From a virus: 64,000 bases of DNA. The notes under the pieces are model-generated. The model was not told the origin of the DNA and made no database searches. It saw only the letters and a list, made by a program, of their open reading frames with translations. The position numbers and the translations under genes are program-made. Position 1 is the first letter of the stretch. Each line of letters opens with the position of its first letter. The stretch is taken from positions 17,652 through 81,651 of the IMG/VR virus record IMGVR_UViG_3300033121_001840. One strand, given 5' to 3'. Positions 19,494-27,977 of this stretch are shown here, piece after piece.

Positions 19494-20029
19494 TTAAAGA
19501 CGCAATTGATATTGCTATTGTTGCCCACAATGGACAATACAGAAAATACAGCAAACTTCCTTATATAACTCATCCGATTTCCGTAGCATTACGAGCGAAT
19601 AGATGCTTTCTTGGGCCAGAAGAGATTGCTGCTGCTTATTTGCACGACGTACTAGAAGATTCTCCTTCGTACTGGAAAGACGTAATCGCTCTTGGTGACA
19701 CTGACGTAATTCGAATTGTTAAGGAATTAACCAAGCCATCAAAAAACGAAGAGCATTCTGATAAGCCTCGTAAGATTAGGCATCAAATTGACATGGAACA
19801 TTACAGCAGAATGTCTTTTGCCGCTCAAAGACTGAAGATGCTTGACCGTATTAACAATTTAGAAGACGTATTTGTTTATTACGATTTTATCACAAAGGAT
19901 TGGGTTGAAGAATATATTGACGAGAGCAGAGATATTTACTCTTCCTTACGTTCTGTTAATGCTGTTATTGCTTCCGAATTGTATTCATCAATACTGAAAT
20001 TAGAAACGAAACTCGTCGAAGACCTTTAA
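19484..20029 (+). CDS. HD-domain hydrolase, (p)ppGpp hydrolase (SpoT-HD/Mesh1)-like
   Basis: AHNGQYRK..PYITHP..AAYLHDVLED..LT..K.LDRINNL. Confidence 0.85.
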   Translation: MSLIKDAIDIAIVAHNGQYRKYSKLPYITHPISVALRANRCFLGPEEIAAAYLHDVLEDSPSYWKDVIALGDTDVIRIVKELTKPSKNEEHSDKPRKIRHQIDMEHYSRMSFAAQRLKMLDRINNLEDVFVYYDFITKDWVEEYIDESRDIYSSLRSVNAVIASELYSSILKLETKLVEDL

Positions 20030-20101
20030 CCTAACTCGCTTTTAAGGCGAGCTGGAACGTTCGTCTATTTTTATTATTGGCAATTACACACGGCAAAGTT
20101 A

Positions 20102-20129
20102 TTGACTTACTATTTGAAGATGATATAAT
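20102..20129 (+). promoter_or_regulatory. Sigma70-type promoter
   Basis: TTGACT-16-TATAAT with extended -10 TG. Confidence 0.7.
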
Positions 20130-20504
20130 GAGCTTACGCGAACAAAATAAGCATTAAACTGGAGTTACAAATGAGAACGATTCGGGAAGCGTTGGCGAAG
20201 ATGGAAGACGTGATGATTAAGAATCCTGGCCCACTTGCTGGCGATGTTGAAGATTTTGAGAAAGAGTTTCCTGAATTGTCGCAAGAAATAGTTGATGTAA
20301 TTTATGCGTTTGCAAATGGTATGGAGAGCATATGCAGGAAAATGAAACAGAAACAGGAACAGAACAAGTAGAAAAGCCGCTAAGGCTAAAAATGGGCGAA
20401 GCCTACATGATGTGTAGTGAATGCGGAGCTAGGCTATATTCGTTCGATGGATACGAAGATACGTCTCGTCATTGTCCCTACAAGAGAAATGGAAAGTGTG
20501 AACC

Positions 20505-20954
20505 ATGAAGGCAAAATCTCTCCTGCAAAAAGAATTTGTCAAAGCTGACAAACTTTGGAAGATTTGGGAAATAGCTATTACTGATTTTAAGTTAGCTGAA
20601 AAAGATAGTAAATGCAAAATTAATATGAATGTTTGGCTAATTCCGCCTAATGAATACCATACGGAGTTTGTTGTCTGTTTGGCTGGAAGCGTAATATACA
20701 GGAGATTCTCAGTATGGAAAAAAACGGATGACGAAGTATATCCTTGGCGTTTTAGCAAAATGATTTCGGATAGATTAGAAGTTATCAACTATCTCAGAAT
20801 GGGTATGATAGAAACAGCGTATGAAATTCTATATGGAGTTTTTTCAGACGTAAAAATACCGAAGTGGAAAATGCCGGCCTATTTACTTAATCCAAAACAG
20901 TTTTTTATAGACGCTAATAATTTACTTCAATTTCTCAAGGTGGAAAACATATGA
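20505..20954 (+). CDS. Hypothetical protein
   Basis: 149-aa ORF, VCLAG motif. Confidence 0.6.
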   Translation: MKAKSLLQKEFVKADKLWKIWEIAITDFKLAEKDSKCKINMNVWLIPPNEYHTEFVVCLAGSVIYRRFSVWKKTDDEVYPWRFSKMISDRLEVINYLRMGMIETAYEILYGVFSDVKIPKWKMPAYLLNPKQFFIDANNLLQFLKVENI

Positions 20955-22060
20955 GCGAATCAAACAAAGCAGAAGTAGTAGAAGTAAATCTTTTGAAACA
21001 CCCAAATGCTGACTCTCTTAGCATTGTTGAAGTTTTTGGCGGTTATACATGTTGTGTTAAGACTGCTGATTGGCACGGAATCAAACGTGCTGTGTACATT
21101 CCACCTGACTCCGTGGTAGATACGCGACGAAGCGAGTTCTCTTTTCTTTTACCGCAGGCAAAAGCTGATGGAAAAGCTCGTATCAAGGCCAAAAAGTTAC
21201 GTGGGGTCGTGAGCTTTGGCTTACTTGTGCCAGCACTTGATAACGTGGCGTTAGGCACAGATATGACTGACGCTCTTGGCGTCGAGCATTACAATCCTGA
21301 TAGCGAATTTGCTAAATCAGATAAAGGTTTTAATTACGGTGGCGAGGTTGCTTCTGCTCCTAATATTCCTTGGTTGCCTGGGAAGTATGATATTGAGAAT
21401 ATACGGCGTTATCCAAATTTGATTGAGGATGGTGAGTTGGTGGTTGTGAATGAGAAGCTTTGCGGAGAAAACGCATCTTATGTATATTGGGATGGAAGAT
21501 TTCATTGTAAGAGTCGTAATCTTTGGAAAAAGGAATATCCAGACCATTCTCATTTGACCATCGAACACTTGATGAATTGCGGTAACACGGAAGAAAAGGC
21601 TAAAGAGATTATTGACCGATTGAATTCTCAAGATAAGCCTCAATCAAAATGGTGGCGAGTTCTTCGTCAAACTGAATCGTTAATGAGGGTTCTTCAGGAC
21701 AACCCTGGAGTTATCATCTATGGAGAAAATTTTGGTCACGTTCAAAAGCTGCGTTATGGATATGGCCCAAATGAAATCGTTTTTGCTGCATTTGACGTAA
21801 TGAAAGATGGTCGCTGGCTCGATTACAGAGAAGCACGAGATTTAACAAAAGATATTACTTGGGCTCCTGAGCTGTCCGTAGAGACACCATATGATTTCGC
21901 TGCTGTTTGTGAGATGGCTGAGGGTCAATCTACATGGCCGAACGCGAATCATATCAAAGAGGGTTGCGTTGTCAAGCCAATGGTCGGGCGACACACAAGA
22001 GAGGTAGGAAGACTAATTTTAAAATGCGTTTCAGGAGCTTACTTAGAAAAATACAGTTAA
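20951..22060 (+). CDS. RNA ligase (Rnl2-like/DRB0094 family) with N-terminal tRNA-binding-like OB segment
   Basis: HPNADSL and KLRGVVSFGL N-terminal motifs; ligase motifs EKLCG, YGE, FAAFD, EGCVVK, LK. Confidence 0.85.
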   Translation: MSESNKAEVVEVNLLKHPNADSLSIVEVFGGYTCCVKTADWHGIKRAVYIPPDSVVDTRRSEFSFLLPQAKADGKARIKAKKLRGVVSFGLLVPALDNVALGTDMTDALGVEHYNPDSEFAKSDKGFNYGGEVASAPNIPWLPGKYDIENIRRYPNLIEDGELVVVNEKLCGENASYVYWDGRFHCKSRNLWKKEYPDHSHLTIEHLMNCGNTEEKAKEIIDRLNSQDKPQSKWWRVLRQTESLMRVLQDNPGVIIYGENFGHVQKLRYGYGPNEIVFAAFDVMKDGRWLDYREARDLTKDITWAPELSVETPYDFAAVCEMAEGQSTWPNANHIKEGCVVKPMVGRHTREVGRLILKCVSGAYLEKYS

Positions 22061-22293
22061 TTTACATTTTTGATAAAACGGATATTGCCTTTGTCGAACG
22101 TGCTGTTTACGGTAAAATAAATGAAAATGGTAGATGGCACACATCTAAAAATAAAGACATAAGCTGATTTTAAATACGGAGAAATTTGGATGATGAGAAA
22201 AAATAAAAAGGATGATGAAGTTGAAGAGATAGAACCTGAAGAACTTGGGGTCTGTGCCGAGGGTTAAGAAAGTCAACTTTTTCGGAGAAAAAA

Positions 22294-22638
22294 ATGTTTT
22301 TTGAATACCTACTACTTATCGCCTCAATTACATTATCTGATTATCGATTGGTAGTTTATGGTAATGTATACCAATCTGATGGAGTTACGCCAGTAACATC
22401 AATTGGCGGTAAAGGATGGCGAGTATCAATAAACGGAAATCGGAACGGCGACGATTTTTTTGTTGCGTACAGCGGAAACTCGTACGGGGTCTATATCAGG
22501 GATTCTTTTATAAGAGACCAAAAACGAGTAATGTCGGTTTTGTTCTGGGATGGAGATAATGCGGATTCTAATTTTGAGGGAATACGCATTTTGAGCCAGT
22601 CAAAAATTGACGTTTGTTTTTCTCCAAAATCGCCTTGA
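22294..22638 (+). CDS. Secreted hypothetical protein
   Basis: Hydrophobic N-terminus, 114 aa. Confidence 0.5.
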   Translation: MFFEYLLLIASITLSDYRLVVYGNVYQSDGVTPVTSIGGKGWRVSINGNRNGDDFFVAYSGNSYGVYIRDSFIRDQKRVMSVLFWDGDNADSNFEGIRILSQSKIDVCFSPKSP

Positions 22639-22662
22639 CTTTCCGTATGGACACGTTATAAT
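22635..22662 (+). promoter_or_regulatory. Promoter of the ncRNA-Ro60 operon
   Basis: TTGACT-16-TATAAT; spacer overlaps operator-like TTTCCGTATGGACA. Confidence 0.8.
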
Positions 22663-22667
22663 GATAT

Positions 22668-22737
22668 AAGAGAGCCGAATGATTTGGGTTATCTACAAGT
22701 GGTGTTGAAAACACCCAAATCAAATTATCGCTCTCTT
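22668..22737 (+). ncRNA. Short Y-like RNA
   Basis: Terminal helix AAGAGAGC-C(bulge)-GA / TC-GCTCTCTT, then 10-bp stem TGATTTGGGT/ACCCAAATCA; starts at the predicted TSS. Confidence 0.65.
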
Positions 22738-22740
22738 TAT

Positions 22741-22812
22741 ACCAGGGTGGGCAAGTGGCAAGCCATCAGTCTCATAAACTGAAAAACGTTGGTTCGAATC
22801 CAACCCCTGGCA
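22741..22812 (+). tRNA. tRNA with CAT anticodon (Met or Ile2)
   Basis: Acceptor ACCAGGG/CCCTGGC with A1:C72 mismatch, loop CTCATAA, TTCGAAT. Confidence 0.85.
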
Positions 22813-22815
22813 CTG

Positions 22816-22929
22816 GAAGAACCGATTTTGTTTCGTTATCCGTATGTTGGTTCAAATCCAACCGAGAGCGTAGCTCTCGTGGCCGACCGGTAAGGCAAAT
22901 AACTTCGAAACATAATAACCTAGTTCTTC
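22816..22929 (+). ncRNA. YrlA-type Y RNA (permuted tRNA mimic) 1
   Basis: Ro-type helix GAAGAAC-C-GA/TA-GTTCTTC; T-arm GTTGG-TTCAAAT-CCAAC, closed acceptor GAGAGC-GTA-GCTCTC, D-arm GCC-GACCGGTAA-GGC. Confidence 0.8.
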
Positions 22930-22937
22930 ATAATACT

Positions 22938-23024
22938 GGGGTGTCACCAAGTTTCGCAAGTGCGAACTTATTAAGGTGCTTGGTTTGTAGCCAGTGTTCA
23001 GTGAAAACCTGATGCGCTCCACCA
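22938..23024 (+). ncRNA. tRNA-like RNA with Ala-type acceptor and encoded CCA
   Basis: GGGGTGT/GCGCTCC-ACCA (G3:U70, A73); internal hairpins; T-arm-like TCAG-TGAAAAC-CTGA. Confidence 0.6.
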
Positions 23025-23027
23025 AAA

Positions 23028-23152
23028 AAACGAACCGACTTGATTCTATTCTCTTTTGTTAAAGGCGAGGCGTGAGTTCGAATCTCACCATGGCGTAAGC
23101 CGTGTAGCTTAGTGGAAGAGCGCGAAAATGGAATCAAAAAATTAGTTCGTTT
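23028..23152 (+). ncRNA. YrlA-type Y RNA (permuted tRNA mimic) 2
   Basis: Helix AAACGAAC-C-GA/TA-GTTCGTTT; T-arm GTGAG-TTCGAAT-CTCAC, closed acceptor CATGGC-GTAA-GCCGTG, D-arm TAGCTTAGTGGAAGAGC. Confidence 0.85.
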
Positions 23153-23162
23153 AAAAATCGGA

Positions 23163-23458
23163 AACTCGACGACGGAGAGATGAAGACCAATAGGAAGAAG
23201 CTTTCGCTAGTTATGGATAAAACGTTTTCGAGCGTTCCAAATACTGACGCAGCAATATTTGAGGTCTAGCAGGGTATGCAACCCAAAATTACAGTCGTTG
23301 TTTTGGCGAAGCCTGTAAAGGGTCAGGCCATACGAGGTAAGGTTGAGAGTCTTCTTTCAGTTGTTGTAAAGTAGCGTAACGTAATTTGCAACAATCTACA
23401 GCCGTACGAGAAGAAGAACCACGGTTCTCATTGTGTGTAAAACCACACCGCCAAGACT
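23163..23458 (+). ncRNA. Unclassified multi-stem structured RNA
   Basis: No ORF >=60 aa; nested stems CGACGAC/GTCGTTG, AGACC/GGTCT, GTTTTGGCG/CGCCAAGAC, GCCTG/CAGGC, TTGTTGTAAA/TTTGCAACAA. Confidence 0.55.
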
Positions 23459-23493
23459 TTTTCTTTTGTTAGTAAAATAAGCAGGAGAGTATC

Positions 23494-25101
23494 ATGTCAG
23501 TTTACAGCAAGCATTTCAATAACCGTCAAACCGACCAATCCAATCAAATTCCTGGTCGCGATATGGTTAAAAACAACCAAGGTGGCTATGTTTTCAAACT
23601 GGATGAATTCGGCGTTCTGGATAGATTCCTTGTAATAGGCTCAGAAAAAAGCACATATTACGCAACCGAACAGAAGCTGACCGAAGAAAATGCAAAAAAC
23701 GTCATCTCCTGCATTAAGAAGGACGGTCTTGAAGTCGTTCGGCGTATCGTAGCCGTTTCAGACGCTGGTCGAGCCCCGAAGAACAGCCCCGCTTTGTTCG
23801 CTTTGGCCCTTTGTGCAACTTATGGTGATGAAGCGACAAAAAAAGAAGTTCGTTCGGCTCTTCCAAAGGTAGCTCGAATTGGAACCCACATTTTTGAATT
23901 CGTCGAGTGTGTTAACGGGCTAAGAGGATGGGGTCGCGGTCTAAAAAAGACGGTAGCTAACTGGTATAAGGACAAAAGCCCAGTCGGGCTCGCGAACCAG
24001 GTCATCAAGTACCAACAGCGAAACGGTTGGTCGCACGCTGACGTGCTTCGTCTGGCTCATCCGAAATTCGAAAAGGACGACGTAAAGCACGCGATTTCCC
24101 ACTGGGTCACAAAAGGTTGGCCTAGCGTTGGCGACCAGCCGCACGACGATAAAGCTCTCCTGCCTATCTGGGCCTTTGAAGTGGCCAAGAAAACCGACAA
24201 CGAGAAGGAAATCGTCCGCTTGATTCGGGATTATGGTATCGTACGTGAGTGTATCCCGACAAAGTGGTTGAACTCCGTTGACGTTTGGGAGGCTCTCCTT
24301 GAGAATATGCCAATTACCGCGATGATTCGCAATCTCGGCAAGATGACCTCTATTGGTTTGTTAAAACCTCTTTCGAGCGCATCGCGTAAAGTAGTGGAAA
24401 CGATTCAGGACGAAAAAATTCTTTTGTCTGGTCGTGTCCATCCTCTTAACGTTTTGGTAGCTTTGCGAACTTACCAGAATGGTCATGGAGACAAAGGCAG
24501 TCTGACGTGGACACCAAATCAACAAATTGTGTCAGCTTTGGATAGTGCATTCTATACTTCATTCGGTGCTGTCGAACCGACGAATAAGGGCTGGATGCTC
24601 GCGTTGGATTGTTCTGCTTCGATGACTTGGCAGAATTGTTGCGGCATGCAAATTACTCCTCGGGAAGCCTCGGCTGCAATGGCTATGTTGGCGATGAAGA
24701 CTGAGAAAAACCATTTAGTGACTGGTTTTACTAGCGGAAGCGGAATATCCGAACTTCCTGTTAACAGTAAAATGGCGTTGAACGATGTTGTTGATGTAAT
24801 CCAAAGACAAAATATTGGCGGGACAGACTGCTCTTTGCCGATGCAGTACGCCACCGCTCACAACCTTCAAGTAGATGTTTTTGTTGTCTATACTGATAAT
24901 GAAACTAGACACGGAATTATTCACCCGATTCAAGCTTTACGAAAGTATCGTGAAAAAACGGGGAATCCTGCGAAGCTTGTAGTTTGTGGAGCTACATCGA
25001 CAGAATTTACCATTGCAGACCCAAATGATGGTGGATGTCTTGATGTAGTAGGTTTCGATTCTAACGCACCAATGGTGATAAGTGAATTTGTGATAAGTTA
25101 G
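23494..25101 (+). CDS. rsr: Ro60/Rsr TROVE-vWA ribonucleoprotein
   Basis: NNQGGYVF, RFLVIGSE, GWGRG, KYQQRNGWSHADVLRLAHP, AMIRNLGKM, MIDAS DCSASM, GGTDC, YTDNET, DVVGFD. Confidence 0.95.
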   Translation: MSVYSKHFNNRQTDQSNQIPGRDMVKNNQGGYVFKLDEFGVLDRFLVIGSEKSTYYATEQKLTEENAKNVISCIKKDGLEVVRRIVAVSDAGRAPKNSPALFALALCATYGDEATKKEVRSALPKVARIGTHIFEFVECVNGLRGWGRGLKKTVANWYKDKSPVGLANQVIKYQQRNGWSHADVLRLAHPKFEKDDVKHAISHWVTKGWPSVGDQPHDDKALLPIWAFEVAKKTDNEKEIVRLIRDYGIVRECIPTKWLNSVDVWEALLENMPITAMIRNLGKMTSIGLLKPLSSASRKVVETIQDEKILLSGRVHPLNVLVALRTYQNGHGDKGSLTWTPNQQIVSALDSAFYTSFGAVEPTNKGWMLALDCSASMTWQNCCGMQITPREASAAMAMLAMKTEKNHLVTGFTSGSGISELPVNSKMALNDVVDVIQRQNIGGTDCSLPMQYATAHNLQVDVFVVYTDNETRHGIIHPIQALRKYREKTGNPAKLVVCGATSTEFTIADPNDGGCLDVVGFDSNAPMVISEFVIS

Positions 25102-25137
25102 CGTGTTAGTGTATTTATATAGCGGAGAAAACGCTAT

Positions 25138-25728
25138 ATGAATAAAGTAACCGAAACCGAACGAAAATGCTCAGTATGTAATAATATTAGACCTATCAAT
25201 GACTTTAAAGAAAATCGTGGTAATTTTCGTCGTTTATGTTCTAAGTGCTTTAAAATAAAAAAGAAAGAATATCGCACAAGAAGCGATAATAAAAGAAAAG
25301 AAAAACGCAGGTTAAAATGGAAAGATGATTCTAGCTACAGGGAAAGAAATTATGATGCGGTAAGAAAATACCGTAGTAACAATAAAAAACTTTTAGCAGC
25401 GAGAAATAGAGAGAAGCGTAGAAGAATTAGAGAAAATGTTTTAACTAAATATGGTGGAAGGTGTGTTTGTTGCGGAGAAACTCAATTTGAGTTCCTGGCA
25501 GTAGACCATGTAAATAATAATGGCTCAAAAGAAAGAAAAGAAATTGGCGGTAGCTGTAGAGTTTACAAAAAGCTTTTAACGCTTCCAATTCAGTCTGACT
25601 ATCAAATATTGTGTCATAATTGCAATATGTCTATTGGTTTTTACGGATATTGTCCACATGGAAATATACCGCCAAGACCGAAAAAACTGAAGTATGAGGA
25701 AGATGACGACGAATTGTCTGACCTTTAA
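25138..25728 (+). CDS. HNH-type endonuclease
   Basis: YGGRCVCCGE...LAVDHVNN...LCHNCN. Confidence 0.8.
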   Translation: MNKVTETERKCSVCNNIRPINDFKENRGNFRRLCSKCFKIKKKEYRTRSDNKRKEKRRLKWKDDSSYRERNYDAVRKYRSNNKKLLAARNREKRRRIRENVLTKYGGRCVCCGETQFEFLAVDHVNNNGSKERKEIGGSCRVYKKLLTLPIQSDYQILCHNCNMSIGFYGYCPHGNIPPRPKKLKYEEDDDELSDL

Positions 25729-25743
25729 TTGGAGTGGAGCGAC

Positions 25744-26007
25744 ATGGGTGCCAAAGGAACTGTCGATATATCCAAAAACGAAGCTCTTTCCTTTGTTCTT
25801 GGCAATATTCACTGTTTACCAAATGATTGTTTGGCGGATATTGTCGAGATTGTAAACGACCATTTTTTTGAAACTGGTCATGACAAATCACTCGGGCTTG
25901 CTAATTTTCATGTAATGGATAATCTTGACGAAAACTTCAATGATGATTACCGAATACATCGACGTTTAGGTGTAGAGCCTTGGTCAGACGATGAGGATTT
26001 TAAGTGA
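25744..26007 (+). CDS. Hypothetical protein
   Basis: ATG after GGAG. Confidence 0.5.
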   Translation: MGAKGTVDISKNEALSFVLGNIHCLPNDCLADIVEIVNDHFFETGHDKSLGLANFHVMDNLDENFNDDYRIHRRLGVEPWSDDEDFK

Positions 26008-26246
26008 GCAGAGGAGGTATTCATGGTGTATTCTAAAACGGGGTATACCATGCTTCATGATACGTTTCAGTCGATTATTTTCCAAATAAATAATAACGAT
26101 TATGCTGACGATGAACAATTCAAAAAACATTGTTTTTGTTTATCATCCGAACCAAATCATATTCTGAGCACACTTTGGGAATACGTCACCGACAGGGCTT
26201 GCACTAAACATCAAGCCCTTTTTCTTTTCCGCGAGGTGCTGGACCT

Positions 26247-26756
26247 GTGGACCAAATTGAAGCAGATGCAGTCGAGCGGCTCATCAAAGAATTAGGTTTA
26301 CCCGAGAGTGATTTGTATTTGTTTGGCGATGGAAGCGGAACAACTATATCCCTTCCCTGCTCACATTTCTGCACGATGTACAACAATAATTCAAAAGAAG
26401 TGAAAACATTTTTTGGCGGTTTTACTTCAGGTACTAATAATTTCGCTGAACTAATGCCTTATATTCATGCTCTTTGGGTTTTCAATTCTCTGAAAAAGGA
26501 AAAGACCGTAACGAGCGTGACCATTGTTAGCGATAGTGAACTTACAGTCAGGTGTGGAAACGGTAAATACACGAGAAATGCCAACCTCCCCCTTTGGGCT
26601 GCGATAGATTGGTATCAAAAAAATGGTTTTTCTATATACTGGCATCATGTCAGACGCAACAGTAATTTCTTGATGGAGCTTGCTGATAAACGTGCGGGCG
26701 AGTTTCGGTGTATTATTTCTGAGCAACTGTTTAGCGGAGGTCAAGATGAACGCTAA
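26247..26756 (+). CDS. Ribonuclease H-like protein
   Basis: YLFGDGS, TNNFAEL, IVSDSE, HVRR, ADKRA catalytic pattern. Confidence 0.8.
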   Translation: MDQIEADAVERLIKELGLPESDLYLFGDGSGTTISLPCSHFCTMYNNNSKEVKTFFGGFTSGTNNFAELMPYIHALWVFNSLKKEKTVTSVTIVSDSELTVRCGNGKYTRNANLPLWAAIDWYQKNGFSIYWHHVRRNSNFLMELADKRAGEFRCIISEQLFSGGQDER

Positions 26757-26774
26757 AGATTACTAGGGGTAAAA

Positions 26775-27152
26775 ATGAACGCAAATAAAGTAAGAGTATT
26801 TAAGGGTTATTCCGTTTCTCATCCGCATGGTGTAATTAATCCAATTGCTGGTATGCCCGTAAAACACGGAATTGATTCTCTTTATGTTATTTCTCTCGAT
26901 AGCGGTAACAATACAGTTAATCTAGGAACTGGTGTCGGAACAGCAGTTATTCGTAAGGCTTATACAAAAGACCTTATGATTACTCTCGACAATGCTACCG
27001 GAACATACAGTTATCCAACCGGCGACGGTTCGTATTCGTTTAGTCACAAACAAGGAGCCTATTCAAACGGACCAGTTTCTGCGGTCGGTAACAGTGGCAT
27101 TTATGCCGGTGCCGATGGTCGAAATCACACCTTCAGTATGGGCGGAATCTAA
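26775..27152 (+). CDS. Hypothetical Gly/Ser-rich protein
   Basis: 125-aa ORF followed by a terminator. Confidence 0.65.
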   Translation: MNANKVRVFKGYSVSHPHGVINPIAGMPVKHGIDSLYVISLDSGNNTVNLGTGVGTAVIRKAYTKDLMITLDNATGTYSYPTGDGSYSFSHKQGAYSNGPVSAVGNSGIYAGADGRNHTFSMGGI

Positions 27153-27176
27153 CGTTTAGTTAATAATTGATTCCAC

Positions 27177-27207
27177 AGAAAAACCTGGTGTCACACCAGG
27201 TTTTTCT
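27177..27207 (+). terminator. Intrinsic (possibly bidirectional) terminator
   Basis: AGAAAAACCTGGTG-TCA-CACCAGGTTTTTCT. Confidence 0.75.
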
Positions 27208-27208
27208 A

Positions 27209-27236
27209 TTGACTTTACGTACGAACAGGCTATAAT
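27209..27236 (+). promoter_or_regulatory. Sigma70-type promoter (leaderless transcript likely)
   Basis: TTGACT-16-TATAAT; ATG of the next gene 7 nt downstream. Confidence 0.75.
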
Positions 27237-27242
27237 CAAGGT

Positions 27243-27773
27243 ATGCAAATAATCATTGATGAAAACCTGTTGCGGACAAAATGCGAACCAGTCAAAAACG
27301 CATCCGAAGGATTCATTGTAGCTAAAAAGCTGCGATGGGCTCTTGATTCAGTTAATAAAAAACACCTAAATAAATATAGAAAGTCATTCGGTAAGGAACA
27401 GCCACTTACCAAAGGACTTGGTTTGTCTGCCCCTCAAATTGGAATTTACAAACAAGTTTGCATTATATCAGTTGGTGGCGTTCCAATCGTACTTATCAAT
27501 CCAAAAATAGTTGAGTGTTCCGAAGGTATGTTTACTTTCGAGGAAGGCTGCTTGAGTATGCCAGAAACGAAAGTTCAGACAATGCGACATGACTGGATTA
27601 AGGTACAGGCGTTGAATCACACAACTATTCAAACCTACGGAAATGTAAGCAATGATTGGTCTCAGCATAAATTGTTACAAACTGTAGTCGCGCAACATGA
27701 GATAGCTCATTTGTATGGTTTATTGATGATAGATTTTGTGAATAAAGGTCCAAAGGCGACGGAGTGGAAATGA
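27243..27773 (+). CDS. def: Peptide deformylase
   Basis: GLGLSAPQIG, EGCLS, QHEIAHLYG motifs. Confidence 0.9.
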   Translation: MQIIIDENLLRTKCEPVKNASEGFIVAKKLRWALDSVNKKHLNKYRKSFGKEQPLTKGLGLSAPQIGIYKQVCIISVGGVPIVLINPKIVECSEGMFTFEEGCLSMPETKVQTMRHDWIKVQALNHTTIQTYGNVSNDWSQHKLLQTVVAQHEIAHLYGLLMIDFVNKGPKATEWK

Positions 27774-27977
27774 GAATCGAAATACCTGATTGTATGTGTC
27801 AAGATTGTGGGCAGGAAGAATGGACAATAAGTGTGTCTTCGACTCATGGTCCATTGTATCTTTGTAATGAGTGCGGTTTAGAAGCGATGGAGAATCGAGA
27901 AAGTACGGATAAGTATCGAGCCCGAGCGTACGGTAAACTGGTTTCTAAAATCTATGGTGCTGCAAGCGGAGGTTAAG

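Noticed and set aside
22755..23137. ORF-track proteins 22755-23012 (+) and 22928-23137 (-)
   Set aside because: They overlap tRNA and Y RNA structures and have no protein-like features
23401..23426. Sarcin-ricin-loop-like GUACGAGA
   Set aside because: Flanking AGUA/GAA geometry and closing pairs do not fit; the match is too short
22938..23458. One- or two-piece tmRNA
   Set aside because: No tag reading frame or tmRNA D-loop/T-loop consensus; only the Ala acceptor is shared
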